64,000 bases of DNA, taken from Planctomycetota bacterium (GTDB lineage Bacteria; Planctomycetota; Planctomycetia; JALXBF01). Location of the stretch: the NCBI GenBank assembly GCA_026991575.1, contig JALXBF010000179.1, positions 1-64,000 on the forward strand, written 5' to 3'. Made by a program: the position numbers and the translations under genes. Positions within the stretch are counted from its first letter, which is position 1. Each line of letters starts with the position of its first letter. The notes below the pieces were generated by a model, which was given only the letters and a program-made list of their open reading frames with translations, was not told where the DNA came from and did no database searches. This document shows, piece by piece, positions 39,413 through 47,957 of the stretch.

Positions 39413-40165
39413 CTACCGAAACAGCGCGTATGCCCAGCGCATCCAGTCCGCTGCCACGAGCGTAAGCGCGTGGCACACGATGGGCAGGAAAAGCAGCAAA
39501 GCAACCAACCCCCCGACAATCTGAGTATTCAGCCCAATCGAAAAGTACTGGAATCCTGGTGCCGCCTTGCTCAGGAGCGACACTCCAAGCACAATCAGGA
39601 ACCCGACCACCACCAGTGGACCGACGACACCGACGCCGGCCGCGTAGCTCTTCTGCAAGGCAGCAACGTAGGCAGACGCGTCCGACGGAGCAGGCACGCC
39701 ATAGGGCCAGAGGCGGACCACGTCGTCCAGCAACAGCAGCCATGCGTGGTGTACGTCCAGGCCAAAGTAGATCGCCAACGCGATGAGCTGGAAGAGCTGG
39801 GCAAGGAGCGTGGTCGGAGAACTGGTTGCCGGGTCGGCAAGCTGACCGAGCGACAGTCCCATTTGACGGCCGAGGAAGTCACCGGCGAACTGAGCCGGAA
39901 GCAGGAACAGGAATGCCACATAACCCGCTGCGACCCCGATGATCACTTCACGCACTGTGAGAATGACGATCATTCCGAGAGAGGGGTACTCCGGGATAAC
40001 CGCTCCAGCCAGCTCTTCTGCGTCTGGCCACCAGCACAGACTCAGCGCGACGACCATGCCAAGCCGCACGAGCCGCGACGGTGCTGCATAACGCCATGGA
40101 CCGGCCGTGACGAACGCAGCAACCCGCGCCAGAACCAGCGCGTACGCGAGGGCAACGGAGGTCAT
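39413..40165 (-). CDS. fliR: Flagellar export protein FliR
   Basis: Hydrophobic protein with AGDFLGRQMGL..DP; lies between fliQ and flhB. Confidence 0.9.
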   Translation of the reverse strand: MTSVALAYALVLARVAAFVTAGPWRYAAPSRLVRLGMVVALSLCWWPDAEELAGAVIPEYPSLGMIVILTVREVIIGVAAGYVAFLFLLPAQFAGDFLGRQMGLSLGQLADPATSSPTTLLAQLFQLIALAIYFGLDVHHAWLLLLDDVVRLWPYGVPAPSDASAYVAALQKSYAAGVGVVGPLVVVGFLIVLGVSLLSKAAPGFQYFSIGLNTQIVGGLVALLLFLPIVCHALTLVAADWMRWAYALFR

Positions 40166-40431
40166 CGAACAACCTCTGGCAATGCGCTAAGTATCCTGGC
40201 CGCGTAGTGCACCGCAACACGCAGTAGCCAGGGCATCGTAATCGCCAGCACCAGGCCCACGCAGACCAGCCGGGGTACGAAGTTGAGCGTCTGCTCCTGA
40301 ATGCTGGTTAGCGTCTGTAGCACGCTGATAACCAGTCCGACCACAAGACTGGCAAGCAGTGCCGGTCCGGCCAGCACCAGGGCAATCCACAGCATCTGGC
40401 GGCCCAGCATGACAACCTCGCTCGGACTCAT
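40162..40431 (-). CDS. fliQ: Flagellar export protein FliQ
   Basis: GLVISVLQTLTSIQEQTLNFVPRL. Confidence 0.95.
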   Translation of the reverse strand: MSPSEVVMLGRQMLWIALVLAGPALLASLVVGLVISVLQTLTSIQEQTLNFVPRLVCVGLVLAITMPWLLRVAVHYAARILSALPEVVR

Positions 40432-40493
40432 CGGTTCCTCCTCCCGCCCCGCCTGTGCGCACCGACTTGGGCTGCCGTTTGACCTGGGACCAA

Positions 40494-41174
40494 TCAACCG
40501 AAGCTGAGCGCCAGCGAACGTGCTACGAGGTACCATCCGTCAGCCAGCACGAAGAGCAAGATCTTGAACGGCGTTGAGACGATGACCGGCGGCAGCATCA
40601 GCATGCCCAGGGACATGAGCACGCTGGAGACGACCAGGTCCACTACCAGGAAGGGCAGGTAGATCAGGAAGCCCATCAGGAACGCGGTCTTCAACTCACT
40701 GATCACGAAGGCGGGAATCAAGACGCGCATGGGCGTGTCCATCGGCTCGTGTGGTGGTTCGATGTCGGCGATTTGCACGAACAGGGCAATGTCGCGTTTC
40801 CGGGTCTGGCGGAGCATGAACTGCTTTAGCGGAACGCTGCCGCGTTCGATTGCCGTGCGGGCATCAATCTCGCCCTGCAGGTAGGGTCCGAGAGCGTCGG
40901 TGGCAATTCGATCAAAGACGGGAGCCATCACGAACCAGGTCAGGAACAGGGCAAAGCCGATGACGACCGGGGTAGGCGGGATCTCCTGGGTGGTGAGGGC
41001 GCGGCGCACGAAGGAAAGCACGATCACCGTTCGGGTGAAGGAGGTGACCATGACCAGGGCAAGTGACAGGAACGCAAGCGCGCCCAGAAAGAGCCCCAGC
41101 TCTAACGGCGAGCGGAGGTTTTCAAAGGGGCCGCCGTCACTGACCCGGTTCAGGATGTCAATCAAGTCCGTCAT
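40494..41174 (-). CDS. fliP: Flagellar export protein FliP
   Basis: TSFTR, PAFVISELKTAF, MLPPVIVSTPFK and DGW. Confidence 0.97.
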   Translation of the reverse strand: MTDLIDILNRVSDGGPFENLRSPLELGLFLGALAFLSLALVMVTSFTRTVIVLSFVRRALTTQEIPPTPVVIGFALFLTWFVMAPVFDRIATDALGPYLQGEIDARTAIERGSVPLKQFMLRQTRKRDIALFVQIADIEPPHEPMDTPMRVLIPAFVISELKTAFLMGFLIYLPFLVVDLVVSSVLMSLGMLMLPPVIVSTPFKILLFVLADGWYLVARSLALSFG

Positions 41175-41638
41175 GACCTGTAGCCCGACTCCGCCCCCTG
41201 CGCGGTCGTAGTCCCGTGCTCATGCCCCTGCCCGTCGGCTTGTTGCCAACCTTCGTCACCGAACGGAACCGGCAGCACGGCAACGTGCTGGATGCCGTTC
41301 TGGTCCAGTGCTACGAGGACGTCGTTTCCGCCGGCCCGGATCATGAGCAGCCATGCGCGTGGCCCCAGTCTCATGCGCGCCTGCAGGCTGAGCAGCTCAG
41401 AGTCACTGGTAGCCTGTGCCGGAACAGGCTTCAGGAACAGGCGGAGTGCGAAAATGGAAGCCACGGCCAGGGCAAGCACGACGCCGGTTGCGACGAGCGT
41501 GCGGGCGACCATTTCACCCAGGTCCGGCGGCTGGCCCCACTGGTCGATTGTCGCCGGCTGAGGTGCTGACTTGGTCGGGGCCGGCTGAGCATCCGGCTGA
41601 AGTTGTGCGATCATGCAGACCAGCACCAAGGTGGGCAT
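41171..41638 (-). CDS. fliO: Flagellar biosynthesis protein FliO
   Basis: One TM segment followed by RMRLGPRAWLLMIRAGGNDVLV; lies between fliN and fliP. Confidence 0.75.
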   Translation of the reverse strand: MPTLVLVCMIAQLQPDAQPAPTKSAPQPATIDQWGQPPDLGEMVARTLVATGVVLALAVASIFALRLFLKPVPAQATSDSELLSLQARMRLGPRAWLLMIRAGGNDVLVALDQNGIQHVAVLPVPFGDEGWQQADGQGHEHGTTTAQGAESGYRS

Positions 41639-41652
41639 CGGTGTGCTCCCCG

Positions 41653-42006
41653 CTACGCCCCGCTTGTTGTTGAGCGTCGCTTCGGGTCAATGATCTCGGT
41701 TACCCGAATCGCGAACCGGTCGTCGATCACGACGACTTCGCCCCGTGCGATCGGCACGCCCTGAGCGACCAGGTCAACCGGCTCAGAGATATTGCGGTGC
41801 AGCTCCACCACGGCGCCCGGTCCTAGCTTGGCCACCTCGGCCAGCGGCAGCCGGCGCCGTCCCAGCTCCACCGCCACAGTGACGGTCACGTCTAGCAATG
41901 GATCGATGCCGATGCCCTGCCCTTCCGTGGCCGGCCCTTCGCCGGAAGCCTGTTCGAACTCGGGTGCCTGTGCTTCGACCTGCGGTGTGTCCTGTTCGTT
42001 GCTCAT
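41653..42006 (-). CDS. fliN: C-ring protein FliN
   Basis: SpoA domain LLDVTVTVAVELGR...ARGEVVVIDDRFAIRVTEI. Confidence 0.95.
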   Translation of the reverse strand: MSNEQDTPQVEAQAPEFEQASGEGPATEGQGIGIDPLLDVTVTVAVELGRRRLPLAEVAKLGPGAVVELHRNISEPVDLVAQGVPIARGEVVVIDDRFAIRVTEIIDPKRRSTTSGA

Positions 42007-42031
42007 CGGCTTGTCCCCACGTGCGCACGAC

Positions 42032-42708
42032 TGACCGGCACTTCCTCCAGGCCGGTTCGGGTTAGCTGATTGGCCGATAGATGTCTAGGCCACCGCGAGC
42101 CGGACGGGCCAATTCCCGCTTGCCGAAGCGATGCCGTGACGGGTCGCTGCGCGGCAGTGCGGAGCTGGTCGGTGGACTGCCCACCTGCGGGTCGGATCGA
42201 ACAAATGCTGTCGTCAGAGCTCCGACGCATGGGTGGCGTCGGGGGGCATACCGCAGCACACAAGGCCGAAAGACCCCCACATGGCCGCATTCGTGGCATT
42301 CTGCTCCCTTTGCCCAGCGGCACGGTTGTTGGCGTCGCGTCCAACGCGCGTCTGTGACCACCGGCCGCGAGCCATCGGAGCGTGTCGCACGCCTCCCAGG
42401 TCACGGTGCTCGTCCGGATGGACGTCGGACAACGCGTTAGGTCGCGTGGTTCGGTACGGGTTGGCCCCGGTGGTTTTGCCGCCGACGGGCCAGGCCCGAC
42501 CGCGGGTTGGGCGATGGGGACAAGCCTGTGGTGGGCCGCCGCCGTTATCCAGTCAGGCTTGCTGGCGGAGGACGTAAAGTGCGACCGCTGACAACAGCTG
42601 CGCAAGCCATCGCGTGACCCTGCCCTGATGTGCCGGCGTCAGCCCGCCGGGACCGGCACCAAGTTGGTGGTGTTCGCCAGCTCTCGCCACCTTTCTGTGA
42701 CCGGCACT
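42032..42708. repeat. 11-bp direct repeat TGACCGGCACT bracketing the fliM-fliN spacer
   Basis: Exact copies at 42032-42042 and 42698-42708. Confidence 0.6.
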
Positions 42709-42724
42709 AGAGCTGAACTGCGCC

Positions 42725-43564
42725 CTACTCTTCGATGCGGCTGGTGATCTGTACGGCCTGACGCAGGCCAATCCGGACCGGACGTCCCTCGAACATGCGG
42801 CGGTCGTTAATAGCGACAGGAAGGTGTCCTTCGACCGAGGTGCTCAGCAGCAGCACGTCGCCTCGCCGTAAGGACCGGAGTTCTGCCACAGAAAGCTCCG
42901 TCTCGCCGAGCCACACGGTCATTTCTAGCGGGATGGCCGTGATGTCGGGATGCTGCAGCCGTGAGGGGGTTGCCGCGCCGTGCCGCACCATCCGGTCCAC
43001 GATCCAGCGCAGCGGCAGGAGCCAGCGCCAGTGCCCCTCGCCCGCATCGGTGGTCATCTTCCAGGAGAACTGGACGAGCGGATCGAATGGCGCATACGCG
43101 CGGCGGAGTTCTGTGCCGGGCTGAGCGTGACCGAGACGCAGCTCCGGCACTTCCTTGGACGGCCATGTCTCGGCGATCGCTTCCACAAACTCGTGGCAAA
43201 GAACCTCGAACAGTGCGGTCTCGATCGGTGTCAGTTCAGCGGCTTCCGGGAGCTGGTCCATCACATCGCCGAGCATGCCCGCTACCAGGAGCGTGACGAT
43301 TGGGACGTGGGCGTAGGCTATGCCGACGCCCTTGCCTTCCAGACCGAGCCGCACGCCCACGACTTCGGGACCGGCTGCGCGCGTCAGCTCCGCGGCCGGG
43401 CCCGTCGCGTACGGTTCGGCCTCGAAGGTGACTTGAAACGGCAACTGCGCTCCCCACCGACGGGCCACCGCCGCGCCTAGGTCGGCTAGCCAGCGGTTCA
43501 GTTTTTCCTTGGCTTCGCTCGGGAACAGGTCCGGGTGAACGAAGTCGAAGCGTGGTGCCGTCAT
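42725..43564 (-). CDS. fliM: C-ring protein FliM (N-terminally short)
   Basis: N-terminal RFDFVHP, ELTPIE and a C-terminal SpoA domain; lies between fliL and fliN. Confidence 0.85.
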   Translation of the reverse strand: MTAPRFDFVHPDLFPSEAKEKLNRWLADLGAAVARRWGAQLPFQVTFEAEPYATGPAAELTRAAGPEVVGVRLGLEGKGVGIAYAHVPIVTLLVAGMLGDVMDQLPEAAELTPIETALFEVLCHEFVEAIAETWPSKEVPELRLGHAQPGTELRRAYAPFDPLVQFSWKMTTDAGEGHWRWLLPLRWIVDRMVRHGAATPSRLQHPDITAIPLEMTVWLGETELSVAELRSLRRGDVLLLSTSVEGHLPVAINDRRMFEGRPVRIGLRQAVQITSRIEE

Positions 43565-44094
43565 TGAATGTTGAACTCTTCGAAGAGCACGCCCAGGATC
43601 TTTTCCTCGTCACCGACCAGGATCCGATTGAACGCGTCGCGAATCTCGCGACTGAGTCGGTTTAGCGCTGCAGCACCGCGAACTTCTTCGAGTTGCTTGT
43701 CGGAGAGGTAGGCGATGAGCCAGTTCTTCAGCAGCGGTTTCTTCTGCTCGACCAGCTTCGTGATCTCGTCCGCATCCTCGGCCCGGACCTCAAGGCTGAT
43801 GTTCACCCGCATGTAGCGGTTGAGGCGCGGCTCATTCAGGTTGACGACGACGTCTCCGAACGGAACGTAGACCGTTTCGTCTTGTGCGTCGTCTTGCTTG
43901 TCAGCTTTTTCCTTCTCGGCAGCTTGTTCCGCTTGTGCCTGGGTCGTGCTGCCTGCGCCGAACAGGCGCGGCACCATCATGCCGCCAAGCCCGCACACTA
44001 CCCCGACGACCGCCATGATCAGGAAGTCGATCAGGGTCGCGCCCTTCTGGCCACCGGCTTGTTGTTCTGCTGCCTGGTCCGCGCCGTCGGCCAT
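43561..44094 (-). CDS. fliL: Flagellar protein FliL
   Basis: N-terminal TM segment; VVVNLNEPRLNRYMRV...VLFEEFNIQ. Confidence 0.92.
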   Translation of the reverse strand: MADGADQAAEQQAGGQKGATLIDFLIMAVVGVVCGLGGMMVPRLFGAGSTTQAQAEQAAEKEKADKQDDAQDETVYVPFGDVVVNLNEPRLNRYMRVNISLEVRAEDADEITKLVEQKKPLLKNWLIAYLSDKQLEEVRGAAALNRLSREIRDAFNRILVGDEEKILGVLFEEFNIQ

Positions 44095-44262
44095 TGTCTT
44101 GCCCCTGCGTGCATCGTCAGCTCAGGAAGCGAGCGGCGAGCCGCTCCTGTTATTGCAATCGGACCGCCCGCCGTGTGTTTTTAGCGATTCCGCGAGAGCA
44201 CAGCAATGGAAGGTGGCCGGCCGCCGGCCGGAGCCGGCGCTGTAAGAAGCGGCCAACCAACG

Positions 44263-44976
44263 TCAGCGCACGAAAAGCAGACGGACGGCGAGGTCATAGG
44301 GGGCGTCGGCCCGCACTCGAGCCAACGTGATCACCTGAGGCAGCTCGCCGCGGTCTCGATGCGCCAACCGGGCGATCTCTTCTTTGATGGCCGCGGCTAT
44401 CCTGGCGCCACGTTCCAACTGCTGCGCGCCTGGCTGTTTGACGCCGACCTCCACGTACACCCGCCGTTCTGCACTGGTTAAGACGGGCAGAAGCTCGACG
44501 ATCCGTTGAATCTGTTCGTCGCTGAGGTGCGGTGGCTCGGACCGTGCCGGGCCGGGCAACGGCACCACCGCAACTCCGATCGTCTCGACCGTCTGGTCGG
44601 ACGACTCGAACTGTCGCCGCAGCTGCTGTAGCATGCGCGTGAGTTGTTCTTGCTCGAAGTCATGGACGTCGCCGGAGACCTCTTGTTCCGCCTCTGCTCC
44701 CCCCTTTTCGCCCTCGCCTGCGCCCACCTGGTAGTGCGGACTGACTGCTTCGAAGTCGGTCGCCTGAGGCGTGCCGCTGAAGAGACCGGCCAAGCCGAAC
44801 GTGTCCAGGGCCCGTACGAACGAGCCGGTTCCCTTCCGAAAACCGGCCTCCTGTGATTGGCTCAACGTGCTGAGCACGATGAACAGCGCCAGCAGGATCG
44901 TCATGGTGGACCCGAAGGCGATCAGGTATGCTTCCTCGCTGCTGGCTCCCGGATCCTGCACCTTCTTCCGGGCCAT
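44263..44976 (-). CDS. MotB-like stator subunit paralog lacking the conserved Asp
   Basis: The TM YLIAFGSTMTILLALFIVL and a plug-like F..GSF..AL align with the MotB N-terminus. Confidence 0.7.
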   Translation of the reverse strand: MARKKVQDPGASSEEAYLIAFGSTMTILLALFIVLSTLSQSQEAGFRKGTGSFVRALDTFGLAGLFSGTPQATDFEAVSPHYQVGAGEGEKGGAEAEQEVSGDVHDFEQEQLTRMLQQLRRQFESSDQTVETIGVAVVPLPGPARSEPPHLSDEQIQRIVELLPVLTSAERRVYVEVGVKQPGAQQLERGARIAAAIKEEIARLAHRDRGELPQVITLARVRADAPYDLAVRLLFVR

Positions 44977-44999
44977 TGTCAGCTCCCCACCATGGGTGC

Positions 45000-45665
45000 C
45001 TAACGTTCCAGAGCCGTGTCCGCTACGATCGCCAGGTAAATCGTCCCCGGCCGGCCCTTCCCCTCCGGATACATGCCCGCAGCGATCCAGCCCCGCCCAG
45101 CCCAACGCTCATGCAGTTCAAGGGCAAGGCGAGAAGCGGCCGGCAGGTCCTGTGCGTCACCGGCCAGGAACTGCAGGTCGTACGGGAAACGGTCGAAGAC
45201 CGTGGCGATGCTGTTGATCAGCAGGCGTCCCTGGGGGGTAAGCTTGCCGTCGGCCGTCACGAGCTGTTCCCGGGGCAGTCGGATGACGATCGCCTGCAGC
45301 GTCTCGTCGCGGACGCCGCGCGCCAGCAACTCGCGTAGCCGGCCAACCGACTCGGTGAGCTCCTCCTGGTACCTGGGAGGGATCCGCGACCCCCCGCGCG
45401 GCGTGCTCGATGCTGCCGTCTCGGTCCGGTCGACGAGAGCGTCGCGGTAGTTGTCGCTGGGGGTGACCAGCTCCTGGAGCAGGCCCAGGCCGGCCAGCGG
45501 GCCGCTGAAGAGCGAGCTCTTGAATTCGCGGAACTCACCAGCACTCTTGCTGGAGAACGTCAGCAGGAGGACGAAGAACGTCATCAGGTTCGTGATCATG
45601 TCGCCGTAGGTCCCCAGCCACGGCGGGGGCCCCTTCGGCTCGACCTTCCGCTCCTTACGGGCCAT
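45000..45665 (-). CDS. motB: Flagellar stator protein MotB (degenerate periplasmic domain)
   Basis: PPWLGTYGDMITNLMTFFVLLLTFS. Confidence 0.85.
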   Translation of the reverse strand: MARKERKVEPKGPPPWLGTYGDMITNLMTFFVLLLTFSSKSAGEFREFKSSLFSGPLAGLGLLQELVTPSDNYRDALVDRTETAASSTPRGGSRIPPRYQEELTESVGRLRELLARGVRDETLQAIVIRLPREQLVTADGKLTPQGRLLINSIATVFDRFPYDLQFLAGDAQDLPAASRLALELHERWAGRGWIAAGMYPEGKGRPGTIYLAIVADTALER

Positions 45666-45810
45666 GCTGCTACCCTATGATGCAGCATTTCCGATCCATG
45701 GGCTGCGGTAGCGAATCCCACCCGCTACCAAACGGACGGATCCCGGGCGGGGCCAAGCGGGGAGTGTCGGGCCGGCGCGGTCACGCTCACCGAGCCCTGC
45801 GCGCCGGGCT

Positions 45811-46572
45811 CTAGCCCATCGCTTCACGCAGCTTCGGAGCCAGGAACGCCTTCAGCTTCTCTTCGATTAGCCGGGGACTGTGTCCCTGGGTCATCGACAC
45901 CAGCCCTTCGACCATTAGCTCACGGATGAGCACCTCCTCCTTGCTGCGGTTTTCCAGCTTCCCGGCCAATGGCATGGCGAACAGGTTTGCCAGCAGTGCG
46001 CCGTAGAAGGTGGTCAACAGAGCAACGGCCATCGAGCCGCCCAGCTTGGACGGATCGTCCAATGTCCGCAACATCTGGATCAGACCGATTAGCGTACCGA
46101 CGAGTCCGAAAGCCGGTGCAGAAGCGCCGAGCGACTCGAAGATCTTCTTGCCTGTTGTGTGCCGCTCTTGCAGCCAGCTGATTTCGATGTCCAGGATCTC
46201 TCGGAGCACCTCCTGCGGCGTGCCGTCAACCACAAGCTGGACCCCCTTGGCCAAGAACGGGTCCTTGAGCTCCTCGATTTTGCTTTCCAACGCCAGAGGA
46301 CCGTCACGGCGACAGATGGTTGCCAGCTCGACGATCTGCTTGATGACTTCTGAGGGAGACGGAAGCTGGTGCGAGAAGCAATTCTTCGCCACGGCCGCCG
46401 CCCCGATGACTTTCTCGAGCGGGAACGCGATCAGCAGGGCCGAGAACGAACCCCCCACGGTAATCAGCAAGGAGGGCACGTTGAAGAACGCTCCCAGACC
46501 ACCCCCCATCAGGATGGAGCCGAAGACCAGGGCTAAGCCGGCAATGAGACCTAGTAGCGTTGCGATATCCAC
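45811..46572 (-). CDS. motA: Flagellar stator protein MotA (PomA/MotP-like size)
   Basis: RRDGPLALE, APAFGLVGTLIGLIQML and ALLTTFYG. Confidence 0.95.
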   Translation of the reverse strand: MDIATLLGLIAGLALVFGSILMGGGLGAFFNVPSLLITVGGSFSALLIAFPLEKVIGAAAVAKNCFSHQLPSPSEVIKQIVELATICRRDGPLALESKIEELKDPFLAKGVQLVVDGTPQEVLREILDIEISWLQERHTTGKKIFESLGASAPAFGLVGTLIGLIQMLRTLDDPSKLGGSMAVALLTTFYGALLANLFAMPLAGKLENRSKEEVLIRELMVEGLVSMTQGHSPRLIEEKLKAFLAPKLREAMG

Positions 46573-46618
46573 CGCTCACCCTCCGTGCGTCCGGCATCGC
46601 CTGTGCGTGTCCATCACG

Positions 46619-47389
46619 CTATCGGTTCGACTCCTCCGCCATGCCTGTCTGTAGAGGGACGAGGCCTTTCATGCGTTCCGTCAGTTGAGCAGCGAGTGCC
46701 TTGTCTTGCATTTCGGCCAGAACCTTACCTGCGTTGCGTGGGTTCATCCTGGCGAGCACTTGAACGGCCGTCGTCATATTGCCGCTGTTGGCCATGGCTT
46801 CCAGCATGAGCGCGGCGGCATCAGGCGACATGGTGTTGAACATCTCGGCCATTTTCCGCACGTTAGCCGCCTCACTGCTGCTCAGCATGAGCGTCTGCTC
46901 GCGCAGCTGCCGTTCACGCTCAGCCAGCCGTTGCTCGGCTTGCTGGAGCTGAGCCACCTGCTGCTTAAGCAGTTCCAGCTGTTTGCTCACCTGACGGCGC
47001 AGGGAGACGATCGCTTCCCGTTCGGCACGCAGGTCGTCGTAGAGGATCTGCAGACGGGTTTCACGGATCTCCAGTTCTTGTTCGCGTCGCTTGACGTCAG
47101 CTAGCCGAGCCCGCAGCTTTTCGGCCAGCCGAACGATCTCTTCAGCCATGACTGGAGCCGGCGACGCAGCCAGCGTCTGGTCCGAGAGGACAGAATCGAC
47201 CGCGCTGTCCGCCTCATCCGGGGCCGCCGGCGTCGCCTGCTGTTCCTGGGCGGTGAGTGGACTTTGGTCAGCAGGCGGCGCTGCGGCGTCGATGCCAGGA
47301 GCGGCCCCTCCCTGAAAGTAGAGCGAAGCCCCTGCCGAGATGGCAAAGGCCGTCATGCCTGTTCCAAGGATCATGAGAACCCGTTTCAT
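46619..47389 (-). CDS. MotE/YlxF/FlbB-like coiled-coil flagellar protein
   Basis: N-terminal TM segment and coiled coil; C-terminal MAEMFNTMSPDAAA...MNPRNAGKVLAEM (MgtE-N-like). Confidence 0.75.
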   Translation of the reverse strand: MKRVLMILGTGMTAFAISAGASLYFQGGAAPGIDAAAPPADQSPLTAQEQQATPAAPDEADSAVDSVLSDQTLAASPAPVMAEEIVRLAEKLRARLADVKRREQELEIRETRLQILYDDLRAEREAIVSLRRQVSKQLELLKQQVAQLQQAEQRLAERERQLREQTLMLSSSEAANVRKMAEMFNTMSPDAAALMLEAMANSGNMTTAVQVLARMNPRNAGKVLAEMQDKALAAQLTERMKGLVPLQTGMAEESNR

Positions 47390-47862
47390 CGGTCACTGAA
47401 CTCCGGCTTCGACGGCCGCGTCGGCCTGCGGCTACGATAGGAGCGGATCGCGCGGAGCCGCAGCACGGCGTCGTCCAGTTCGTTCGCTTCACGCCACTGC
47501 AGGGCCCGTTGGTAAGCCCGTTCCGCCTGGAGGCGGAGCCTTTCCGCGAGCTTGGCGTCGCGCCATGCCTCGCCATGGCGAGCCTGGGCCTCTGCCAGCT
47601 CGCGGCGGCATTGTGCTTCTTCCTGAAGCAGCACGTCGAGCTGTGCACGCAGCCCGTCGAGATACGCGCGCACCAGCGCGCCACGGATCCCGTCCGGCCG
47701 CCACTCCCTGCCAGCTCGCTCCAACGCCTGGACAGTCTGGGCAATCTGCCGGTGCACGCCAAGAAGCCGGGTCTGGGCAGCAAGCACCGCACCACGGTGT
47801 TGCTGTTCGATAGCCGCTCGGTAGCGGTGCAGACGACGTGTTAGCCTCAGTCGTCGCTTCAT
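47386..47862 (-). CDS. fliJ: Flagellar export protein FliJ-like
   Basis: Coiled coil of about 150 aa ending E..ELDD; directly after fliI. Confidence 0.7.
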   Translation of the reverse strand: MKRRLRLTRRLHRYRAAIEQQHRGAVLAAQTRLLGVHRQIAQTVQALERAGREWRPDGIRGALVRAYLDGLRAQLDVLLQEEAQCRRELAEAQARHGEAWRDAKLAERLRLQAERAYQRALQWREANELDDAVLRLRAIRSYRSRRPTRPSKPEFSDR

Positions 47863-47957
47863 CGCACACTCGGTTCTTCTCGCAGCGGCCGCCCGGTTCC
47901 GGCTCAGTGCGAGCTGTTCTTAGCTTCGGCAAAGTCGACAGCACCGGTACAGTCGTT

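Noticed and set aside
42003..42605. 200-aa ORF in the fliM-fliN gap
   Set aside because: TTG start, Arg/Pro/Ala-rich composition typical of non-coding GC-rich DNA, and no motif.
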